Below are positions 21,185-32,697 of a stretch of DNA of 64,000 bases, one piece after another. This DNA is from Microcystaceae cyanobacterium (GTDB taxonomy: Bacteria > Cyanobacteriota > Cyanobacteriia > Cyanobacteriales > Microcystaceae): the NCBI GenBank assembly GCA_041746575.1, contig JBGTGT010000046.1, forward strand, positions 1-64,000, read 5' to 3'. The notes beneath the pieces are model-generated. The model made no database searches and was not told the DNA's origin. It saw only the letters and a list, made by a program, of their open reading frames with translations. Made by a program: the position numbers and the translations under genes. Within the stretch, counting starts at the first letter, position 1. The number at the start of each line of letters is the position of its first letter.

Positions 21185-22654
21185 ATGTCTCGCAAAAAAT
21201 CAATTCTTATTGCTACTATTGGCACTCGAGATCTTGCTTTCCGCATCGCTGAAAACGAATGGCGTAATATTGGAAATGATCGCTCTCCAGATATAAATAC
21301 TAGAAGTGAACAAGCTCTAGTTCAAAATTATCTTGGTTTAGATAAAAGTAGTTTTCGATTGTTAACAGAATATCTGTTAGATGTTTGGTCAGATTATCAA
21401 GATTCCATTAAACCTATCATTATAGGTAAACTTCTACAAGATGAAAATCAAAACCTCAAAAAAATTTACTTAGTAGGAACTAATCAACCTGAATCAGTGG
21501 CTCAACGAGACAAAGATACTTTATACTCAGCACAACTCATTAAATTATGGATATAAAAGCATTATAAAATTTCGACAGAAATTATTAAACAAGGAGAAAG
21601 TGGAGAAAATCCATCTGATTTTGAAGTAATGTTTGCTTGGTGGAAACAAGTTTGGACAGACATTGCTCAAGAAACGAAGGAAGGTACTAAAATTATCTTA
21701 TGTATTAAAGGAGGCGTGAATCAATCTTCTGAAGCCGCCAGAATAACGGCACTTAGTCGCTTTGGAGAAGCTACTTATTTCTATGATTTTATTCAAGATG
21801 CCGACAAGAACCTTCTGGGATATCCTTCTCAATATACCAAACCCTTTCAAGGTCGAAATTATCTTTGGAATCTCAAACAAACAGAAGCCTTATCATTGTT
21901 AAGTAGATGGGATTATCCGGCTGTTCAACGGGTTTTACGTCCTTATAAAGAGAATGCTGATGAAAACGATCAAGCCATTCAAGCCATCTGGCATAAATTA
22001 GAAATGGCTATTGCGTGGAATATGGCTGACTTTGAAGCCTTTGCTAATTTACTAGATGAATCATCTCAACAAAGAACTAAAACTTGGTGGTGGACAGCTT
22101 ATGAAGCCGCATATTTAGCTGTTATCCGTTTTCAACAAGGGAACACCACAGAAGCTTTTTTCCATAGTTTTCGTGCTGTCGAAGGTTTGATGATTGAATG
22201 GGCAATTCAATATTATCATCCTCATGTTAAAGTCTCGAAAGGACAACCCCGTATTCTGAAAAGATCTATCTATAATGATTCAAAATTTCCCGAAGCTAAA
22301 GAGTGGAATAGTTATTTTGATCATAACGGTGAGCTTAAACTTTTTGGGGATAAACTTGAGCAATTATTATTTTCATCACGGTCTAAATTAGGTCGTGAAT
22401 ATCATTGGCAAGTTTTTTTTAAGACCCGTAAAAAGCGAAATCAGATATTCCATAGACTTTACAAATTAGATAGACAAGAATTATTTCAAGCTTGGAATGC
22501 CGAGACACAGAGAGCTTGGCAAGATAAAATTTTAGCCTATCTCAATGATTTATCTTCTCCTACTTCTCTAAGCCTAAGTCTTGAGTCTTCAAGCTTGATG
22601 TCTAGCATTCACAAAGCTCTTGAAGTAGAAATTCAAGAATATGGCTTTCATTAA
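21185..22654 (+). pseudogene. second CARF-HEPN-like ancillary nuclease with in-frame TAA at 21554-21556
   Basis: ILIATIGTRD, KDT, NPSDFE and CIKGG CARF-like motifs; ..LWI*KHYKI.. continues in frame; FRAVEGL and HEPN-like RNQIFH. Confidence 0.7.
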
Positions 22655-22917
22655 AAGAATTACATTTGTATTATCTTATCACGAACTAACTTCTGCTCTA
22701 ACTCCCTTGCTTTTTAATTAAAGCTGTAAAATTCGATAAATGGTCATGCAAGAAGGGGAAGTTACGCCTAATTCTTCCACTTTCGCCTCAATTTTCCGAT
22801 AAATTTGCTCAGGGACATAACTGTTTATGTAGTATTAGTCACTGTACAAATTTGTTTAAGTTAAGTTTTTCATCACAGTATCTCTCTTCTTCAAGTTGAG
22901 CTATTATAAGTCAGAGT

Positions 22918-22927
22918 GTGTGAGGAG
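22918..22927 (+). promoter_or_regulatory. candidate Yfr1 sRNA target site overlapping the RBS
   Basis: GTGTGAGGAG is complementary to 10 of the 11 nt of the Yfr1 motif ACUCCUCACAC and ends 11 nt before the ATG. Confidence 0.6.
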
Positions 22928-22938
22928 AACAACTAAAG

Positions 22939-24114
22939 ATGAGCATTTTGACCCGAACGGTTTTCGGATTGTTCCGCTTAAAGAAATTTGGATATTTAGG
23001 GTTTTTATCCGGATTATTATGGCTCTTGTGGCTACTTCCCGTTGAAGCAAAAGAATTGAGGATTGCTATCCTCAAAGGCACCAATCTCGTGAAGGTTGGA
23101 AGTTCTACCCCAGCGATTGTCAAGGATGGATCAGGTCGCAAAATTGGAGAATTAACCCCAATGGACGGCATTTCTGCCACCGCCAACGGCAAAGGGGTTG
23201 CCCTCAAACAATTGAAAAGCAGTCAACTGACTATTGAACCAACAGAGAATGGAGTGGTCTGGATTAATGACCGTTGGTATCGAGGTCGAACTCGTTTAAT
23301 TCGCCAAGAAAGTGGGGTAACTGCCCTGAATTTAGTAGATTTAGAAGAATATCTTTATAGTGTGGTTGGGGCGGAGTCCATTCCCAGTTGGCCTCTAGAA
23401 GCGTTAAAAGCTCAAGCAGTGGCAGCGCGTACCTATGCCCTTTATAAAATTGCCAAATCCGCTAATCGTTACTATGATTTGGATACCACTACCAAGACTC
23501 AAGTTTATAAAGGCTTAAATTCAGAAGCTCTAAGTACCCACGAGGCAGTTAATAGCACCGTAGGCGAAGTCATAACCTATAATGGTCAAATCATTCTATC
23601 GGTCTTTCATTCTTCGTCAGGGGGTCACACAGAAAACGTTGAAGATATTTGGTCATCCCCTTTGCCCTATCTACGGGGAGTGGTCGATTATGATCAGTTT
23701 GCACCGGTTTTCCAGTGGACCAAAACCTTTACTGCTAATCAGCTAAGTCAAGCGATCGGAGGCATTGGCACGATTCGTTCCTTTATTCCCGAAAGAACCA
23801 CTCCTCACGGTCGGATTGTTACGATGAAAGTGGTAGGAACAGGAGGGTCAAAGCGAGTGAATGGCACCCAACTACGAGAGGCATTAGATTTAAGAAGTAC
23901 CCTTTTTTCGGTTGCCAATGTCAACGGCATTTTTCAAGTAAATGGACGAGGTTATGGTCATGGCATCGGCTTAAGTCAGTGGGGAACCTATTCTTTGGCC
24001 GAACAGGGAATCAGTTATGACCAAATCTTGACCCATTATTATCAGAATTCCAGTTTGTCTCCTCTAACAGCTTTAGAATCAACACCGTCCTTATCTGCTA
24101 AATCGGGTGAATGA
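22939..24114 (+). CDS. SpoIID/LytB-domain peptidoglycan hydrolase
   Basis: LEEYLYSVVGAE, EALKAQAVAARTYA, GYGHGIGLSQWG. Confidence 0.93.
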   Translation: MSILTRTVFGLFRLKKFGYLGFLSGLLWLLWLLPVEAKELRIAILKGTNLVKVGSSTPAIVKDGSGRKIGELTPMDGISATANGKGVALKQLKSSQLTIEPTENGVVWINDRWYRGRTRLIRQESGVTALNLVDLEEYLYSVVGAESIPSWPLEALKAQAVAARTYALYKIAKSANRYYDLDTTTKTQVYKGLNSEALSTHEAVNSTVGEVITYNGQIILSVFHSSSGGHTENVEDIWSSPLPYLRGVVDYDQFAPVFQWTKTFTANQLSQAIGGIGTIRSFIPERTTPHGRIVTMKVVGTGGSKRVNGTQLREALDLRSTLFSVANVNGIFQVNGRGYGHGIGLSQWGTYSLAEQGISYDQILTHYYQNSSLSPLTALESTPSLSAKSGE

Positions 24115-24412
24115 ATAGAAATAGACTTTGCTACCGCATAGATTATTAGCGGTGACTAGGTGTGAGGGACGGAGCAAACGGCGAGTTGAGATCACAATAC
24201 CCCTCTGGGCGCAAACATAAGCACCCCTACTATCAATCATGTACCTCATCAAGTCGCAAAACGCTGTCAGTCAGGGTTAAAGTTGGATTCCTAAAAACCT
24301 ATAACCTAACCTCTACCCGATTTCTTTAACCCAAACTCAAGTTAAAAAAAGAGGGAGAAATAAAGCAAAGCTCTATCCTCCCTTAATATTAATTTTGCCG
24401 ATCAAAATAATT

Positions 24413-24922
24413 TTACAAAGATACTTCGCTGAGTTCACGGGTTAAATGGTCAAAGGGCGCATCAATAAAGGATGTGTCATTGATTCCCGCATCGGCAACC
24501 TTGTTTTTGACCATTTCCTTCATAATTTGAATCCCTCGAACCGTTGGACCAATGGGAACACCCAAGGAATTATAAGTTTCCCGCAATCCCTGCAATACTC
24601 GTTCATCTAGAACATTTGTATCGCCGGCGACGAGGGCGTAACTAGCATAGCGCAAATAATAATCCATATCCCGTAAACAAGCCGAATAACGACGAGTCGT
24701 ATAAGCATTGCCACTAGGACGGATTAACTCAGGGACTTCTTCAAAAAGTTGCAGTCCAGCATTTTTTACAATGTCTGGTGAATTGGCATTGATAACGGCC
24801 GCAGCAGCTATCCGGGCTGTACCAGAGGTAAAAAAGGATTGTAGATTATCAAAGGCCGAGCGATCAAGATAGCGACCTGTGATATCGTAGTTTCTAATGA
24901 GATTTGTGACCGCGTCTCGCAT
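24413..24922 (-). CDS. apcF: allophycocyanin beta-18 subunit
   Basis: MRDAVTNLIRNYDITGRYLD, NAYTTRRYSACLRDMDY; 169 aa. Confidence 0.95.
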   Translation of the reverse strand: MRDAVTNLIRNYDITGRYLDRSAFDNLQSFFTSGTARIAAAAVINANSPDIVKNAGLQLFEEVPELIRPSGNAYTTRRYSACLRDMDYYLRYASYALVAGDTNVLDERVLQGLRETYNSLGVPIGPTVRGIQIMKEMVKNKVADAGINDTSFIDAPFDHLTRELSEVSL

Positions 24923-25236
24923 TAATGGTTTCTCCCAACAGCATTTTTTGGTATCGGCTTTTAATAAAGATAAAGCCAAATCAGTCATTAATTATCTATC
25001 TATAATCCCACAGGGTGAACCGCAATCGGCAAAGTGAGGGAGATGAGTTTTTTGATTGTTACAAAAGTTTACTTCCAGACCCCTTCACCTTCCCTTGACC
25101 CCTTAAAAAGGTGATAACAGAAATTCAACAACACTTCAAAACCGTTGCGGGGGTGGAGGAAAGATAATACTCAGTTAAGTTAACCTTTTCCCCTTTCCCT
25201 TTTCCGCTCGCCTAGCTTGACAATGAGATGGCGAGA

Positions 25237-27336
25237 TTAGCTGTCACTACTGGCTGAAGAACGCCGACGACGACGACGGATTACCGGATATTCCTGCGAG
25301 TTATCTTCGTCCTCCCCTTCGTCGGTATCAGAAGAAGAAAGACTCAATTCGGGTTCTAGCATGGTCGTCACGTCAACCCCATTCAATTCAACGTTATCAA
25401 AGGTTTCCTGTTCTTGAGGAAGATCAAGCGTTTCTGCCATCAATGACTCGGAAGACCGACGGCGACGTAGAACAGGATAGTCTGTCGCCGTTTCTAATTC
25501 TGCTGGGGAGGTCTCTGAAGAGAGAATTTCCGTCCCTGTGATCGGAAAGTTATCCGAAGGCATTTCCGTTACTTCACCGCCATTTGCCGTCTTAATTGAT
25601 AAAATGACCGATTTGGGATCTTTGACTTCCTGTTGCAAACGAACAAGGGGTGAAATTCCCATCAAAGCATAAACATCTTGCTCTAAAGGTGTCATTTCTA
25701 CCGAAATTCGCTCTTTAGGAAGTTCTTCACGACGAATTGTTCTAAAAGATCGTTCTTTTCGTTCTTCTCCTCCCGTTGTTTCTGAATCATTACTCAATTC
25801 CCCTTTTTGAGGCAGGTCTTCTTTCACTAAATCAACGCCCCGACGACGACGACGACGGCGATCCTTATTGGCACCCATGCCTTGTTCTTGATAACTGGGA
25901 TGGTAGAGTAAGTCAAGCGTACTTTCGTCTTCTGTTTCATCGTCTAAAAAGGCATCATTCACGCCGAAAATCTCCTCTTCTACAGGGCGAGAAATGGTAA
26001 TAGGAGGTGAAGGCGAAGGTGAAGGTGAAGGCGAAGGTGAAGGAGAGTTATAAGTAATCGGAGAGACAACAGTGGCTGATTCTAAGGCAATAGAATCTGA
26101 TTCCCCCGGCAAGTGAGCCAAATGCCCTAATCCACCACAAGTCGGGCAAGGTTGACCAAATAACTCATAAATATTCTTTCCTTGCCGTTTTCGGGTCAAT
26201 TCCACCAGTCCTAATTCTGATAACTGGGCAATTTGGGGACGGGCTTTATCTGCTTTTAGGGCTTTGTTAAAATGCTCTAACAACTTGAGTTGATCTCGTC
26301 GGGAGTCCATATCGATGAAATCCACAATCACAACGCCCCCAATATTTCTTAAGCGCAACTGACGAGCGATTTCGGTGGCCGCTTCACTATTTGTCCAAAG
26401 TACCGTTTCCCGTGCCGTGGCAGAACGGGTAAATGAACCAGAGTTTACGTCGATCACGGTTAAGGCTTCTGTTGGTTCAATAATGACATAGCCCCCAGAG
26501 GGTAAATCTACCCGTGGTTTTAACGCTTCCCGAACGGCGGCATTCACCCGAAAGTAAGCTAAAACAGACTGAGCTTCTCGATGGTGATCAATTAGAACTC
26601 CTGTCGGTGATTTACCGCCACTCCAACTCATTAAATGCTGTTTGACCCGTTTAACTGCATGGGGAGAATCCACGACAATTCGGTTGACATCACCACTGTA
26701 CATATCCCGTAACACCCGTTGGATGAAGTCATCATCTCGATTCAATAAAGCCGGCGGACGGCTGGCGATCGCCTGTTGTTGAATTGATTCCCATTGTCGT
26801 TGCAAAAATTCTAAATCTTCGATTATAGCTTCTTCTGCTTTTCCTTCTGCTTCTGTTCTCACTAACAATCCCATTCCGGCCGGTTTAACCAAAATCGCTA
26901 ATGCCCTCAAGCGGTTACGTTCCTCTTCACTCCGAATGCGTCGAGACAAATTGACCCCTCTGCCATAGGGCATCAAGACCAAATAACGCCCCGGTAAAGT
27001 GATATTTCCGGTTAAGCGAGGCCCCTTATTTCCTGTCGGTTCTTTCATCACTTGAACCAAGACTTTTTGCTGGGGAGTGAGCAATTCGGTAATAGCACCA
27101 GCTGATTTCTTTAAACGTAAGGGACCTAGATCGGTGACATGGATAAAACCGTTTCGTTCTGCGTCTCCAATGTTGACGAAAGCCGCATCAATGCCCGGAA
27201 TGACGTTTTCGACAATACCGAGGTAAGTATCCCCCACTTGTTGATTTCCCGTGGCAACGACTAATTCTTGAATTTGCTCTTCCCAGAAAACAGCAGCAAT
27301 GTGATGCTGTTCTGCAATAATAATTTGCTTTGGCAT
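25237..27336 (-). CDS. rne: ribonuclease E
   Basis: S1 domain, DVNSG, IGGVVIVDFIDM, CPTCGG; Arg-rich C-terminal motifs; Ser-Pro repeat. Confidence 0.96.
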   Translation of the reverse strand: MPKQIIIAEQHHIAAVFWEEQIQELVVATGNQQVGDTYLGIVENVIPGIDAAFVNIGDAERNGFIHVTDLGPLRLKKSAGAITELLTPQQKVLVQVMKEPTGNKGPRLTGNITLPGRYLVLMPYGRGVNLSRRIRSEEERNRLRALAILVKPAGMGLLVRTEAEGKAEEAIIEDLEFLQRQWESIQQQAIASRPPALLNRDDDFIQRVLRDMYSGDVNRIVVDSPHAVKRVKQHLMSWSGGKSPTGVLIDHHREAQSVLAYFRVNAAVREALKPRVDLPSGGYVIIEPTEALTVIDVNSGSFTRSATARETVLWTNSEAATEIARQLRLRNIGGVVIVDFIDMDSRRDQLKLLEHFNKALKADKARPQIAQLSELGLVELTRKRQGKNIYELFGQPCPTCGGLGHLAHLPGESDSIALESATVVSPITYNSPSPSPSPSPSPSPPITISRPVEEEIFGVNDAFLDDETEDESTLDLLYHPSYQEQGMGANKDRRRRRRRGVDLVKEDLPQKGELSNDSETTGGEERKERSFRTIRREELPKERISVEMTPLEQDVYALMGISPLVRLQQEVKDPKSVILSIKTANGGEVTEMPSDNFPITGTEILSSETSPAELETATDYPVLRRRRSSESLMAETLDLPQEQETFDNVELNGVDVTTMLEPELSLSSSDTDEGEDEDNSQEYPVIRRRRRRSSASSDS

Positions 27337-27905
27337 TCAATTTCCTCAAACTTGTATTTTCAAATGCGATAACGCCTCTAACAGCTAGAATTTAAAAAAA
27401 GGATTAGGATGAACTATCCTAGACGTTGAATCTGTTAGCGTGGCGGTAGGAGGTAAGATTTGACGGTATTGATAGACGGTTAATGTTGCCTGCATTAAGA
27501 TTCTTCAAAAACCCGTTAAGCCATAGATTTGGTGCTTTTCTCACTTTTTTGGATATTTTATAAATGCCTAACCATTGCGAAGTCCTTAACTTCAATCGCG
27601 AAAGCTTTCTTGAGATAAGAACTGAACCCCCTGCGAATTTTTCGAGGGTCAGTGAGTCGTCAATGGTTACTTAGACCCACAGAAGGGTCATCTTGAACCC
27701 TTACTCAAAAGCTGGATGCTTTATGATATATTCTATTCTGACTTTCGGCGTTTGGCCTTGACAGTTTTCTGGCTTAAACGCTCATCATAAGAATTATAGA
27801 CGAGTAATAACAATTCATTTTAACCTGACTATAACCTGAAGGTGACCCTCTTGACAAGCGTACTTTCAGAGCGGTGCTAGGGGTTAGGTTACGAGAGTTA
27901 GGTTT

Positions 27906-29258
27906 TCAGCCGTAACGATAAGTAACGGGTAACGAATCAAGGTTGACGGTACTCATATTGATGGGTAAATTGTGGCGTAATGCTTTCATGCCGTAAAAGC
28001 TATTCATCAATAAAGAAAGTAAAAATGCTCCCGGACGTAAACGAAGGGATTTAAAGATTCTTTGGAGAACATGAAGCGGAGAAAAGGCTAATTTCCAGAG
28101 GCGACGATGAGCATTCAATAATTGATCGGGGGTCATTTGTCGCGGTTCAAAGGTAACATTGTACCCATTGTAAAACTGCCAGCCCCGTTGATAGAGTAAG
28201 CGACCTTGCTGTTCTAACTTGTCATAGAGGGGTGTTCCCTTATAAGGCGTTAAAATACTTAAAAACGGGACATCTACGCCAATATCTAGTAAATTTTGCG
28301 CCATAGCCTCGATACTTTCTGGTGTATCTCCATCAAAACCTGCAATAAACCCAGCCATTACGGCAATACCATGCTTGTGAAGCGCATCGATAGATTTCTT
28401 GTAGTAATCAATTCGATTTTGCTTTTTATTGGCTTCTTTTAAGGAATCTTGACCAAAACTTTCAATCCCTAGGAAGACCCCAATGCACCCCGATGCTTTC
28501 ATTAAACCTAATAATTCGGCATCACGGGCAATGTCCATACTGGCTTGGGTTAACCACCATCGCTTTAAGGGAATCATTTCTTTAAGAAGCTCTTTAATAT
28601 AAGGGCGATTAGCGGTGAGATTATCATCCCAAAACCAAATCGTTTTACGTTGCCACCAAAAAGGAAAGCGATTATAACGGATATCTTGCAAGACATCTGG
28701 AATCGGACGCATCCGAAATCCCGGATTCACGGCGGGTACGGAACAAAAAGAACAATGAAAGGGACACCCTCGCGTGGTTTGGATCACCCGTTGCATAAAA
28801 AAGCGAGGTGAGAGTAAATCATAACGAGGCGTCGGAATATCTTCTAAAGGAATAGAATGTCCTTGATATTGAGGTTTCAGGGTGTTATTTTCGGCATCTT
28901 CTAGCACGGTTGCCCAAATAGATTCTGCTTCTCCGATGACCACTGCATCACAAAAGTTTAAGGCTTCTAGCGGCCAAAAGGTGGCGTGAGGCCCCCCCAT
29001 AATAACTTTTTTACCCTGTTGTTGATATTTTCGACCCAAACGATAGGCTTCTGGCGCAAATCCACTAAAAAAGGACAGAATCACTAAATCCGCCTCAAGG
29101 GAGTCAGGGATGGGATCAACTTGTTGATGAATCAGTTGAACAGGATACTGAGGAGGCGTAAGAGCGGCTAAATGGATACCTGTTAAAGGTGGGACAAAAT
29201 TAATCTCATGGCCTCGCTCGTAGCGGGGCATATAGACAATAATAATCGCAATTTTCAT
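27906..29258 (-). CDS. B12-binding radical SAM protein
   Basis: [22 protein letters not shown]. Confidence 0.9.
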   Translation of the reverse strand: MKIAIIIVYMPRYERGHEINFVPPLTGIHLAALTPPQYPVQLIHQQVDPIPDSLEADLVILSFFSGFAPEAYRLGRKYQQQGKKVIMGGPHATFWPLEALNFCDAVVIGEAESIWATVLEDAENNTLKPQYQGHSIPLEDIPTPRYDLLSPRFFMQRVIQTTRGCPFHCSFCSVPAVNPGFRMRPIPDVLQDIRYNRFPFWWQRKTIWFWDDNLTANRPYIKELLKEMIPLKRWWLTQASMDIARDAELLGLMKASGCIGVFLGIESFGQDSLKEANKKQNRIDYYKKSIDALHKHGIAVMAGFIAGFDGDTPESIEAMAQNLLDIGVDVPFLSILTPYKGTPLYDKLEQQGRLLYQRGWQFYNGYNVTFEPRQMTPDQLLNAHRRLWKLAFSPLHVLQRIFKSLRLRPGAFLLSLLMNSFYGMKALRHNLPINMSTVNLDSLPVTYRYG

Positions 29259-29433
29259 GAGTTTTGAGGAGAAGCTTTGCCTCATTGTAGGGATCTTTTT
29301 CTGAGGTTGATCTATGTTTGAGATAAAAATTTACCTTTTGTACTTTTTGTCAAGTTTTTTTATAAAACTTTACATTTACGTAAATTTTTGTTAACTTATG
29401 ATCAGTAATTTAATCTTTACACCTACGCTCCAC

Positions 29434-29796
29434 ATGATTATTCCCATTCCTCCCCCCCTTAAACCCCAAAGCACAGTACAAGACCTTCATCGTCGTCTGA
29501 ATTGGGGTGAACCAGCTTTGACCCTGATTGATGTCAGAAATCGTGATTCTTTCAACACGAGCCACATTATGGGAGCTATTTCTTGTCCTTTAGAAACATT
29601 GGTTTCAACTGCCTTAGCAAATCTTGAATTTGTGAGAGATATCTACGTTTACGGCGAAACCGATGAAGTGACAGCAGAGGCGGCTCACCGCTTACGAGAC
29701 GTCGGTTATCTAGCTGTTGCTGAATTAAAAGGCGGCTTAGCGGCATGGAAAGCGCGGGGATTTGCGATTGAAGGCAATTCTGCAATTATTGCCTAG
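29434..29796 (+). CDS. rhodanese-like protein
   Basis: LIDVR..SHIMGA..LKGGLAAW. Confidence 0.88.
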   Translation: MIIPIPPPLKPQSTVQDLHRRLNWGEPALTLIDVRNRDSFNTSHIMGAISCPLETLVSTALANLEFVRDIYVYGETDEVTAEAAHRLRDVGYLAVAELKGGLAAWKARGFAIEGNSAIIA

Positions 29797-29824
29797 TTTA
29801 AGCCTTAAATTTTAACTATCTCCC

Positions 29825-29860
29825 AAGGACTTACACAAATTCGGTTAAGTCCTTTTTTTT
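29825..29860 (+). terminator. intrinsic terminator
   Basis: AAGGACTTA / TAAGTCCTT stem followed by a T-tract. Confidence 0.65.
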
Positions 29861-29902
29861 GGGTTTCATCCGTCCAATGAATGAAGGTATGAGGGAATGC
29901 CA

Positions 29903-30340
29903 CTAGGGTAAATATTTTTGAACAACCACCCAACCACTAAGAGAGACAAAAGCAAAGCTCAGTAAAAGGATTAAATTGGTCGTAACGTGAATAGAACGCA
30001 TCCACGGACGCTGAGGATTAATTTGTAAGGCACTCACGGCCGAAATTAAGACGAGAATAACAGTTATAATTCCTGCTACTAAATGGGGAGAATGACCTAA
30101 ATTTCCATAATAGCCGAGGGTTCCCATGATACCAATCGCTAGCAATAAAATAACTAAAATGACTAAACTAATGCCGATCGTGTAATGTAAAGGGCGTAAC
30201 CAAGGCGGACGAGGCTTTTTCTTTGCTCTACGCCAGAATAGCCAAATTCCTGATACACCCAAGATAGTATAACAAAGTAAAGACAGTCCCATTGACCAAG
30301 CGGCGATTTTCCATAGCCACAGGAAAGACGGCAAATCCAT
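29903..30340 (-). CDS. DUF4079-like membrane protein
   Basis: Four transmembrane helices with His residues; MDLPSFLWLWKIAAWSMG start. Confidence 0.75.
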   Translation of the reverse strand: MDLPSFLWLWKIAAWSMGLSLLCYTILGVSGIWLFWRRAKKKPRPPWLRPLHYTIGISLVILVILLLAIGIMGTLGYYGNLGHSPHLVAGIITVILVLISAVSALQINPQRPWMRSIHVTTNLILLLSFAFVSLSGWVVVQKYLP

Positions 30341-30450
30341 GATAATTGATCCCCTATTTTTTATTCTCTATTATTCATGATTTGCGCCCCAAAAAAAGGT
30401 TGCCTAAAAAGGACAACCTGATAACGATTCAGAATGATACTTAAGAAGCT

Positions 30451-30798
30451 TCAAACTAAAGCCAACTTAAGAGATGAGGACTTTTTTGTATTTTCGACTG
30501 GGATGGCAGATTCGGAATTCAATACCTCTTCTTCATCCATTGCATCACTAATTGAAAGACGTTCACAGGGAATCGTATCTGATAAGATAGAACTCGCTAT
30601 CATACCCGTATGGATTTCTAACATAGATTCCGGCATGGCTTCAAATACCAAACGTTGTCCCGGAAAAACGACTCTTTCAAAATACCAGTTGGGGATATTA
30701 GTAATCCGTACGATTTGAATATGGCTGGTAGCGTTAACGTAACAACAGAGAATACTAAGTGTTTGCCCGTTAGGCAAGGGATCAAGAATTTGAGCCAT
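30451..30798 (-). CDS. DUF1830 protein
   Basis: CCYVNATSHIQIVRI..WYFERVVFPGQRLVFEA. Confidence 0.85.
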   Translation of the reverse strand: MAQILDPLPNGQTLSILCCYVNATSHIQIVRITNIPNWYFERVVFPGQRLVFEAMPESMLEIHTGMIASSILSDTIPCERLSISDAMDEEEVLNSESAIPVENTKKSSSLKLALV

Positions 30799-31059
30799 GA
30801 CAATCGAGAAGTTATTAAATGGGGTTTTTCATTTCCCTTTTACCCTAACACCCTCTGATCCCCATTGACTGTAAAGATAATAACAATCAATCCTCTCAAG
30901 GTGCAGAACCGGCATTAATCTCATCGTAAGATAGCATAATTTTGACTTTGGGTTATTGACAAACTGTCTGACATAAATTTCCCTTGACTCGAGAGTTAGT
31001 GCAAGAATATGAAGTTAAGTTATATTAAGAAAATGATAGCGGTTTCCTTAGCTTTCTCT

Positions 31060-32622
31060 ATGACTCAACGTATCCTCTATGTTCGTCTCCCTTGCAACCC
31101 CATTTTTCCCATTGGTGTGGTCTATTTAGCCGATCATGTTCACAAGCAACTTCCCGATATAGAGCAGAAAATATTCGATTTAGGTACAATTGTGCCTTTA
31201 GACTTCAATAAATCTTTAGATCAAGCAATCGACGAATTTAAACCGACGTTACTTGTTTTTTCGTGGCGAGATATCCAAATTTACGCACCCGTAGGAGGAC
31301 GAGGTGGCAATCCTCTCCAAAATGCCTTTGAGTTTTATTATGCTAACAATCCTCTAATTAAGCTAAGAGGGGCTTTAGGGGGCTTAAAAGTAACAACGGC
31401 TTACTATGGCGAGTTATGGCGTAATATTAACCTAATTCGGCGAGGGTTAAAGCGATCGCGTCGTTACGTTTCGGATGCTCGTTTAATTGTGGGTGGTGGT
31501 GCGGTTAGCGTTTTTTATGAGCAGTTAAAAACCCAATTACCTCAAGGAACAATTGTTTCCGTTGGAGAAGGGGAAATATTGTTAGAAAAATTTTTAAAAG
31601 GACAAGATTTCCACGATGAGCGGTGTTATGTGGTGGGGCAAGATCATCCTCGTCCTCGTTTAATTCATGAATCGCCGACGCCTTTAGAGAAAACAGCGTG
31701 TAACTACGATTATATTGCACAAATTTGGTCAGAATTTGACTATTATTTTCAAGAAAATGATTTTTATATTGGAGTACAAACTAAGCGCGGTTGTCCTCAT
31801 AATTGTTGTTACTGCGTTTATACTGTCGTTGAGGGAAAACAGGTTAGAATTAACCCTGCCCATGAAGTGGTTCAGGAAATACGGCAACTTTATAATCGAG
31901 GAATTCGCAATTTTTGGTTTACAGATGCCCAATTTATCCCCGCAAAACGGATGATTACAGATGCAGAAGAATTATTACAAAAAATTGTTGACTCTGGCAT
32001 GAATGATATTCACTGGGCGGCTTATATCCGAGCAGATAACCTGACGCCTAAGTTGTGCGATTTAATGGTTCAAACCGGCATGAATTATTTTGAAATTGGC
32101 ATTACTAGCGGTTCACAAGAATTAGTGCGAAAAATGCGAATGGGGTATAATTTACGAACCGTTTTACAAAATTGTCGTGACTTAAAAGCGGCCGGATTTA
32201 ATGATTTAGTATCGGTTAATTATTCGTTTAATGTCATAGATGAAACCTTGGACACCATTCGTCAAACGGTTACTTATCATCGAGAATTAGAAGCCATTTT
32301 TGGGGCAGATAAGGTTGAACCGGCCATCTTTTTTATTGGCTTACAACCTCACACCCATCTTGAAGAATACGCTTTTAAACAAAATATTCTCAAACCCGAT
32401 TATAATCCAATGAGTTTGATGCCTTGGACGGCGAAAAAATTACTCTGGAATCCCGAACCCTTAGGGTCATTTTTGGGTGAGGTTTGTCTAGAAGCATGGC
32501 AAAGCAATCCCAATGACTTTGGACGAGAAGTCCTGCGAATTCTAGAAAATCGCTTAGGTAAAGCCGATTTAGAAGATTCGCTTTCGGCTCCGATTAAAAA
32601 GGATCTGGCTTATTCTATATAA
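31060..32622 (+). CDS. radical SAM protein (PSII high-light acclimation family)
   Basis: RILYVRLPCNPIFPIGVVYLADH; KRGCPHNCCYC. Confidence 0.85.
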   Translation: MTQRILYVRLPCNPIFPIGVVYLADHVHKQLPDIEQKIFDLGTIVPLDFNKSLDQAIDEFKPTLLVFSWRDIQIYAPVGGRGGNPLQNAFEFYYANNPLIKLRGALGGLKVTTAYYGELWRNINLIRRGLKRSRRYVSDARLIVGGGAVSVFYEQLKTQLPQGTIVSVGEGEILLEKFLKGQDFHDERCYVVGQDHPRPRLIHESPTPLEKTACNYDYIAQIWSEFDYYFQENDFYIGVQTKRGCPHNCCYCVYTVVEGKQVRINPAHEVVQEIRQLYNRGIRNFWFTDAQFIPAKRMITDAEELLQKIVDSGMNDIHWAAYIRADNLTPKLCDLMVQTGMNYFEIGITSGSQELVRKMRMGYNLRTVLQNCRDLKAAGFNDLVSVNYSFNVIDETLDTIRQTVTYHRELEAIFGADKVEPAIFFIGLQPHTHLEEYAFKQNILKPDYNPMSLMPWTAKKLLWNPEPLGSFLGEVCLEAWQSNPNDFGREVLRILENRLGKADLEDSLSAPIKKDLAYSI

Positions 32623-32697
32623 ATAAAGAAAGTTAAATCTTTGTATATTTTCGTAAAAGCTTGAAGACTTTAGGGCAAAGGGTGCTAAGTTAAAAGT

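Noticed and set aside
24147..24267. GGTGTGAGGGA as an sRNA or second Yfr1 site
   Set aside because: More likely one arm of a degenerate dispersed repeat pairing with GTACCTCATC..AAACGCTG at 24241-24266; support is weak either way.
26005..26046. (GAAGGY)n hexamer tandem repeat
   Set aside because: It encodes the Ser-Pro linker in the disordered region of RNase E; ordinary low complexity.
27337..27900. Long non-coding region upstream of rne
   Set aside because: Consistent with the known long 5' UTR of cyanobacterial rne; no additional element could be supported.
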